This document shows positions 58,528-64,000 of a stretch of 64,000 bases of DNA, piece by piece; the first letter of the stretch is position 1; each line of letters begins with the position of its first letter. The DNA is from an archaeon. Its GTDB lineage: Archaea; Nanobdellota; Nanobdellia; SCGC-AAA011-G17; GW2011-AR17. The DNA lies in contig JABHLH010000002.1 of assembly GCA_018692925.1 (NCBI GenBank), positions 38,576 to 102,575 of the forward strand, given 5' to 3'. The translations under genes were made by a program, and so were the position numbers. The notes beneath the pieces were generated by a model. It did no database searches, was not told the DNA's origin, and was given only the letters and a program-made list of their open reading frames with translations.

Positions 58528-59763
58528 ATGATGGTAAATAAGAAAGTAGTACAACCTGAAATCAGTATTGGCTTAGTCGGTCATGTTGATCATGGTAAAA
58601 CTACTATTACTCAAAGACTTTCTGGTCAATGGACAGATACTCATTCTGAAGAAGTTAAGAAAGGGATTACTATCCGTTTGGGTTATGCAAACACTTCAAT
58701 TTATCATTTTCCAAAAGCAAAAACATATTCTACTACTGAAACTTTAGAAGATTCCAAAGAGAAAGGTAAATTTCTAAGAGCAATTTCTTTTGTTGATGCT
58801 CCTGGTCACGAAACTTTAATGGCAACAATGCTTTCAGGTAGTGCAATTATGGATGCAGCTCTCCTATTGGTTGCTGCAGATGAAAAATGTCCTCAACCTC
58901 AAACTAAAGAGCACTTAATGGCTTTAGAGATTGCTGGAATTAAAGATATTATTATTGTTCAAAACAAAGTTGATTTAGTTTCTGAAGAAGGAGCTACTAA
59001 AAATTACAATGAGATCAAAGCATTTGTAAAGGGAACTATTGCAGAAAATGCACCTGTTGTTCCAATCTCAGCAAAATTAAATGTAAATATTGATTTATTA
59101 TTAGAAAATATTCAAGAAAAGTTCAAAACTCCAAAAAGAGATTCTAAGAAAGACCCTATTATGTTTACTGCTAGAACTTTTGACATTAACAAACCTGGTG
59201 CTTCTGCTAACAAAATTCTTGGTGGAGTTTTAGGTGGTTCAATTAAACAAGGTGTATTAAAAGTTGGAGATAAGGTAGAAATTAGACCTGGTAGAAAAGT
59301 TGAGAAAGAGGGTAGAGTTAAATGGATTCCAGTTACTACAAAAATCACAAGTATCAAAAGTGGTTCTGACGATTTAACTGAAGCTCATCCTGGTGGTTCT
59401 ATTGCTTTACTAACTTCCTTAGATCCTTCCTTAGTAAAATCAGATTCACTTTCTGGAAATGTAATTGGTTATCCAAACAAATTACCTCCCGTTTATTACG
59501 AACTTAAATTAAAACCAAATCTTTTGAAAAGAGTTGTTGGTTCTGAGAAAGAATTAAAAGTTAATCCTATTAAGAAGGGTGAAATGTTAATGCTTAATGT
59601 AAATTCTTCAGCTACTGTTGGTATGGTTACTGAAATTAAAAAAAGTTTTTTCAAAGCAAAATTAAAATTACCTGTTTGCGCTTCTAAAGATGACAAGATT
59701 ACAATTTCTAGATTACTAGGTCACAGATTTAGATTAATTGGTTATGGTAGTTTATTAGAATAA
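58528..59763 (+). CDS. Translation initiation factor aIF2 gamma subunit
   Basis: GHVDHGKTT, DAPGHE, NKVD and a zinc knuckle. 411 aa. Confidence 0.95.
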   Translation: MMVNKKVVQPEISIGLVGHVDHGKTTITQRLSGQWTDTHSEEVKKGITIRLGYANTSIYHFPKAKTYSTTETLEDSKEKGKFLRAISFVDAPGHETLMATMLSGSAIMDAALLLVAADEKCPQPQTKEHLMALEIAGIKDIIIVQNKVDLVSEEGATKNYNEIKAFVKGTIAENAPVVPISAKLNVNIDLLLENIQEKFKTPKRDSKKDPIMFTARTFDINKPGASANKILGGVLGGSIKQGVLKVGDKVEIRPGRKVEKEGRVKWIPVTTKITSIKSGSDDLTEAHPGGSIALLTSLDPSLVKSDSLSGNVIGYPNKLPPVYYELKLKPNLLKRVVGSEKELKVNPIKKGEMLMLNVNSSATVGMVTEIKKSFFKAKLKLPVCASKDDKITISRLLGHRFRLIGYGSLLE

Positions 59764-61410
59764 TTATTCTAAAATACTTTCTTCATCTGGTTTTCTTATC
59801 CAAATAATTGTCTTCTTTTTTGAATTTCCATTTTTATCAAAAATTTCAGAATACCATTCTTGTTTTCCTTCTAGAGTATGATCTGGCAATTTCATAATCT
59901 CATCACTACCATCTTTTAATATAGATAATAATCTCAGGTTTTTAGGTATATAATTTACTGCTGTATTATAATGGTGATTTCCCATTACTAAACCTTCAAA
60001 TCCATTTTCAATTCCTAATTGGTCTACATATCCTAAACAATGTCTTGTTAATTTTTCCAAAGATTTATTTGATAATGGATTCATTGCACTTGATAATTCT
60101 AATGAATTAACTGCTTGAACAGCTTTATTTTCTAAATCAATTCCAGCATGAACTAATAACATTCCCACTCTTCTTTTTTTTCTATTCAATTCTTTTTTAC
60201 TTTTTGATAAAACAGCTTTTTGATAAATTCCTACAACTATTGTTCCTTCATCTAATTGATAAAATGGGATATAATCTTCATTTTCTATTTGGTCTTGATT
60301 ATTTGGATTTAAAATACTTGCAGCAATACAACATCCTCCATCATTTCCAAAACTAACATCTCTTGGCAACAAAGCTTCAACTTGACAACTATATTCTACT
60401 TCTGCAACATTCTTAACTCTTGAAGATATTAAATCTGGGTCTTCAATATTATCAATATGCTCTTGTAAATTACTAACTTTTGAATCCTCAAAATCAAAAA
60501 CTTTAACATAAGAATAATCTTTCAAAACAATCTCATTTTCTCCATTTATAAAAAATCTTAAAAAAGAATTTTTAAACCCTTTAGTATTTGTATAAGGATT
60601 ATCTGTAACAAAATCTCTTAAAGATTTTAATGTCTCTTTTAATTCTACTTCATTTTCAATTACTCTAGTTCTTTGCCAAGTTTCATAACAGGATGATAAT
60701 TTGGAATCTTCTAATCTTTTATTTAATCTCAATTCAAATTCATTTTCAAATATTTCTTTATCACTTTCTACTAGTTTAGGAAGTATTTGATCAATTATTC
60801 CTTGTCTTTCATTCTTATTCATATGAAAATAATCATCATCAAGATCAATTGTCCCTTCTAATTCTTCTAAAATTTCTATATATCTTTCCTCAGATTCCTC
60901 TGTAAGAGTATAACCAAATAAATTATTTAAAAGTTCAGGATAGTTTCCTTCCTTAAAATTATCAACTAATAATTCATAATCTACATGCGAAAATTCTTCT
61001 GGAAAATATTCAAATGACATAGAACTTTTTTCTCTATATTCTTCAACAATACTAAATGCTTCTCCAAGATATGAATAAATCTTATCTCCTTCTAATATTG
61101 CTTGTTTTTCTAATTTTAATCTTAAATGATTTGAATCTTCAATTCCTTCATGCCATTTATCTAAATCAATCCCGTATTCTTGAGCATCTTTTCTTAATAT
61201 TACATTATGTTCTAATCTCTTTTTTATACTTGGATCTAAAATTGATGCAGCATAAACTTGTCCATATGAAGAATATCTTACCAAAGTTTCCATTCTTAGA
61301 GCATTTGTTTCATTTATTTCGCCTACACTTTGCATTCTAAGAATTTCTTCTAGAGATCTCTCTAATAACTCTCCTTCTGAAAATTTTTGCTCTAAATCTC
61401 CTTCATACAT
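59764..61410 (-). CDS. Large acidic cytoplasmic protein of unknown function
   Basis: 548 aa with no TM and no recognisable catalytic motif. Contains DGGCCIAASIL. Confidence 0.45.
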   Translation of the reverse strand: MYEGDLEQKFSEGELLERSLEEILRMQSVGEINETNALRMETLVRYSSYGQVYAASILDPSIKKRLEHNVILRKDAQEYGIDLDKWHEGIEDSNHLRLKLEKQAILEGDKIYSYLGEAFSIVEEYREKSSMSFEYFPEEFSHVDYELLVDNFKEGNYPELLNNLFGYTLTEESEERYIEILEELEGTIDLDDDYFHMNKNERQGIIDQILPKLVESDKEIFENEFELRLNKRLEDSKLSSCYETWQRTRVIENEVELKETLKSLRDFVTDNPYTNTKGFKNSFLRFFINGENEIVLKDYSYVKVFDFEDSKVSNLQEHIDNIEDPDLISSRVKNVAEVEYSCQVEALLPRDVSFGNDGGCCIAASILNPNNQDQIENEDYIPFYQLDEGTIVVGIYQKAVLSKSKKELNRKKRRVGMLLVHAGIDLENKAVQAVNSLELSSAMNPLSNKSLEKLTRHCLGYVDQLGIENGFEGLVMGNHHYNTAVNYIPKNLRLLSILKDGSDEIMKLPDHTLEGKQEWYSEIFDKNGNSKKKTIIWIRKPDEESILE

Positions 61411-61526
61411 AATATTTTTTTTAAAGAAATCCTTTATAAAATTAACTAAAAAAATAAAAAAAGATCTAGGACACTCAAACCCTGAATATCCTAGATTTTA
61501 CCTTATATTCTTTTTTGGGGAAAGAT

Positions 61527-62120
61527 CTAAGGGAACATGAATCTAAATTTTTGTTTGATCTTTGGAAATAGCCAGTGATTTTCTTCTCTCCATTCTGACA
61601 TTGCTTCTTTAACTTCATCCTTACCTGCCTCTTCTTCTAATCCAAGTAATTCTGTCACTTTTTCATGTCTAGCTTCTTTAGCAATTTCAAGAACTTCTTT
61701 ATCACTTAGATCTTCATCTAAACCTAAAACATCTCTTAACTTCTCAATTTTTTGAGTTTTCAAAGCTTCTTCAAGTTCTTCTTCAGAGTCCACACCTAAT
61801 AGTTCCATAAGCTCATCTTTTCTTTCATCTATTTCATTTTCAATAGCATCTATCAGATCTCCAATACTATCATCTACACTAAGGTCATACTTGTCCATTA
61901 CTTGTTCAATAGCCCATTTTACTGGTTGTAGTGGAAAATTATGTTCTCTTGTTTCTTCTACTACTGCTATTTCTATTTCATCTGTTGTAGTTTCTTCTGC
62001 AGCCATTACACTTGTTGTGCTCAGCACCACAAGAGCCAGCAACAATATTGCCCATATTTTTTTCATTTTTTCATACCTCCTCAGATCCACAAACCTTAAA
62101 AGCTGCGGATCTAAACTCAA
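61527..62120 (-). CDS. Secreted acidic protein, hypothetical
   Basis: Signal peptide (ILLLALVVLSTTSVMAAEE) followed by an E/D-rich body. Confidence 0.4.
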   Translation of the reverse strand: MSLDPQLLRFVDLRRYEKMKKIWAILLLALVVLSTTSVMAAEETTTDEIEIAVVEETREHNFPLQPVKWAIEQVMDKYDLSVDDSIGDLIDAIENEIDERKDELMELLGVDSEEELEEALKTQKIEKLRDVLGLDEDLSDKEVLEIAKEARHEKVTELLGLEEEAGKDEVKEAMSEWREENHWLFPKIKQKFRFMFP

Positions 62121-62179
62121 TTAAATCAGAAACACCATTTAAATTGTCCTTGTAAAATGGCGTAATAAGGCGTAAAACG

Positions 62180-62722
62180 ATGAAACAACTTGAAACCACA
62201 TTCAAAAACATTGTAATGATACTTTGTTTTATTTACTTTGGAATTTCTGTTTTACTCTTTGTATTTTTCTTAATTACTTTCCTAAATGGTGGCCAAATTT
62301 TCATATTGAAAAGAGTAATGCCTCAAGATGGAGCTATTGCAATCTTCAAATGGTTCTCAGGTTTCATGTCAATCATAACTATATTTGGAAGCATCACAAG
62401 TCTTTTATCTGGTATTGCTTTGATGAGATCTAACCAGAAAGTTATAGTAACTGAAGCTGTAAAAGAGACTGAAAAAAAGGTTGAAGAGAAGCACGAAAAC
62501 AAAGTTGATTCTGATGTTTTACTTCCAGATGAAAAGAAGATTATTGGGATCTTAGAAAACCACAATGGCTATATGACTCAAAGGGATTTGGTTATTGAAT
62601 CTAAATTATCTAAGGTTAAAATCCACAGATTGTTAAAAACTTTGGAAGCAAAAAAGGTAATCTCCAAATATGCTTTTGGAATGACTAATCGGATTCGGCT
62701 TGAAAAGAAGATAAAAGAATAA
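62180..62722 (+). CDS. Membrane-anchored winged-helix regulator
   Basis: Two N-terminal TMs and a C-terminal wHTH (GYMTQRDLVIESKLSKVKIHRLLKTLEAKKVI). Confidence 0.45.
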   Translation: MKQLETTFKNIVMILCFIYFGISVLLFVFFLITFLNGGQIFILKRVMPQDGAIAIFKWFSGFMSIITIFGSITSLLSGIALMRSNQKVIVTEAVKETEKKVEEKHENKVDSDVLLPDEKKIIGILENHNGYMTQRDLVIESKLSKVKIHRLLKTLEAKKVISKYAFGMTNRIRLEKKIKE

Positions 62723-62754
62723 TCCTTTTATATTATTATTAATTAATTATACTT

Positions 62755-63306
62755 ATGAAAATAACATTATGTGGTAGAATTGGTTCAGGAAAATCTGTTA
62801 TTGCAAAGGCTTTAGCTAAAGACTTAAATTTAAAGCATTATTCTACTGGGGACTTAATGCGTGAGATTGCTAAAGAAAAAGGTTACACAATTGAAGATTT
62901 CATGAAAATCAGATCTGATGACATTGACCATCAAGTTGATTCAAGAACAAAAAAGATTGGTGAAGAGGAAGACAATTTTATATTTGATAGTAAACTAGCA
63001 TTCAATTTTATTGAAGATGCAATTAAGATATTTTTAGATGTTACTTATGAAGAAGCTGCAAAAAGAATATTTGAAAATCAAAGAAACTCTGAAGCTCCAG
63101 CATCTTCACCAGAAGAATTAGCTATTAGAAACAAAGAAAGGTGGGAAGTAGACAGAAAAAAGTACCAAAAATTATACAGTGTTGACATTGATGATAAGAA
63201 AAACTATGATGTTTACATTAAAACCACAGGAAAACCTTTAGATGAAGTCATCCAAGAAGTTAAACGAGCTATACTCTCATTTTCAGAAAAACAAGAAGAT
63301 AATTGA
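62755..63306 (+). CDS. cmk: Cytidylate kinase, archaeal type
   Basis: MKITLCGRIGSGKSVIAKALAKDL. 183 aa. Uses a TGA stop. Confidence 0.7.
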   Translation: MKITLCGRIGSGKSVIAKALAKDLNLKHYSTGDLMREIAKEKGYTIEDFMKIRSDDIDHQVDSRTKKIGEEEDNFIFDSKLAFNFIEDAIKIFLDVTYEEAAKRIFENQRNSEAPASSPEELAIRNKERWEVDRKKYQKLYSVDIDDKKNYDVYIKTTGKPLDEVIQEVKRAILSFSEKQEDN

Positions 63307-63832
63307 TGAGAGGCTTTCTGAATTTAAAACAAAGAAAGATGATAGAGAGATCTTTTTTGAACTTTGCTTTTGTATTTTAGCTGCAAACACTTCTTCAAAA
63401 ATGGCTTCAAGAGTTGTTGAAGGATCTAAAGATATTCTAATTGATTCTACTTATGAAGAATTAAACAAGAAATTAAAAGAATTAAGTTGTCGTTTTTATA
63501 ATCGAAGAACTGAATACATATTTTATGCTAGAACTATTCCCATAAAATTTGACAGAGAATATTTGGTAAAAAATATCAAAGGTCTTGGTTACAAAGAATC
63601 TTCTCACTTTCTAAGAAATATAGGTTATTCTGATTATGCTATTTTGGACAAACATATTTTAAGATCTTTAGAAGAATTTGGAGTCATTAAAGAGATTCCT
63701 AAATCTTTGAATAAAAAGAAATATTTAGAGATTGAAGAAAAGATGAAACTTTGGTCCAAAGAGATTAAAATTCCTATGGACGAACTTGATTTAGTCCTTT
63801 GGTCTAGGAAAACTGGTGAAGTTTTGAAGTGA
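63242..63832 (+). CDS. N-glycosylase/DNA lyase, archaeal Ogg2-type HhH-GPD
   Basis: FELCFCILAANTSS...KGLGYKESSHFLRNIGY. Overlaps the cmk 3' end by 65 nt in another frame. Confidence 0.65.
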   Translation: MKSSKKLNELYSHFQKNKKIIDERLSEFKTKKDDREIFFELCFCILAANTSSKMASRVVEGSKDILIDSTYEELNKKLKELSCRFYNRRTEYIFYARTIPIKFDREYLVKNIKGLGYKESSHFLRNIGYSDYAILDKHILRSLEEFGVIKEIPKSLNKKKYLEIEEKMKLWSKEIKIPMDELDLVLWSRKTGEVLK

Positions 63833-64000
63833 TTTCTGAAAATTTTTCAAAAAATCTTAACTAACTTTTTTTAATTTGAATTTCTAAAAATCTTTATGGT
63901 AATAATAATTAGTGAAGAGGTGGTAAATATAGAAGAAATAGAATAGGAATAAAACAAAAGATTTATATATAAGTTTATACAACTATTTATATAATTTTAT

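Noticed and set aside
1-64000. Searched for CRISPR arrays, cas genes, integrases/transposases and a prophage
   Set aside because: No regularly spaced direct repeats, cas-like ORFs, recombinase motifs or phage structural genes were found. The only mobile-type element is the LAGLIDADG endonuclease.

Overview
This is an AT-rich (about 28-30% GC), densely coded window whose core genes are unmistakably archaeal, most plausibly from a small-genome DPANN-like archaeon.

**Archaeal core.** A minus-strand exosome 'superoperon' runs Pop5, proteasome alpha, SBDS, Rrp4, Rrp41, Rrp42, RpoK. Also present are aIF2-gamma, aIF5B, ribosomal protein S6e, ABCE1, an ATP-dependent DNA ligase, diphthine synthase, deoxyhypusine synthase, an archaeal-type cytidylate kinase, Ogg2 and endonuclease III.

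**Bacterial-type acquisitions.** Interleaved with these are grpE-dnaK-dnaJ, a long zinc-lid adenylate kinase, NrdR, and a clear prolipoprotein diacylglyceryl transferase (Lgt), together with several proteins carrying a bacterial-style lipobox.

**RNA genes.** tRNA-Leu(CAA), tRNA-Thr(GGU), and a tRNA carrying a roughly 100-nt intron that lies immediately downstream of a free-standing double-motif LAGLIDADG homing endonuclease.

**Other content.** Two ribonucleotide reductases are present: a class II (B12-dependent) enzyme and a class III NrdD with its NrdG activase. The NrdD glycyl-radical (RVVGY) C-terminus sits in a separate ORF with its own Shine-Dalgarno sequence. A signal-transduction cluster comprises a PAS protein, a cache+HAMP sensor, a hemerythrin, a membrane sensor gene broken by an in-frame TGA, and a cache sensor histidine kinase, with no response regulator nearby. 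An FtsX/MacB-type ABC export cluster, a split ThiI (PP-loop and THUMP halves 18 kb apart) and several unknown gene pairs complete the window.

No CRISPR array, integrase or transposase was seen. Most short antisense ORFs in the supplied track are low-complexity artefacts of AT-rich sequence.
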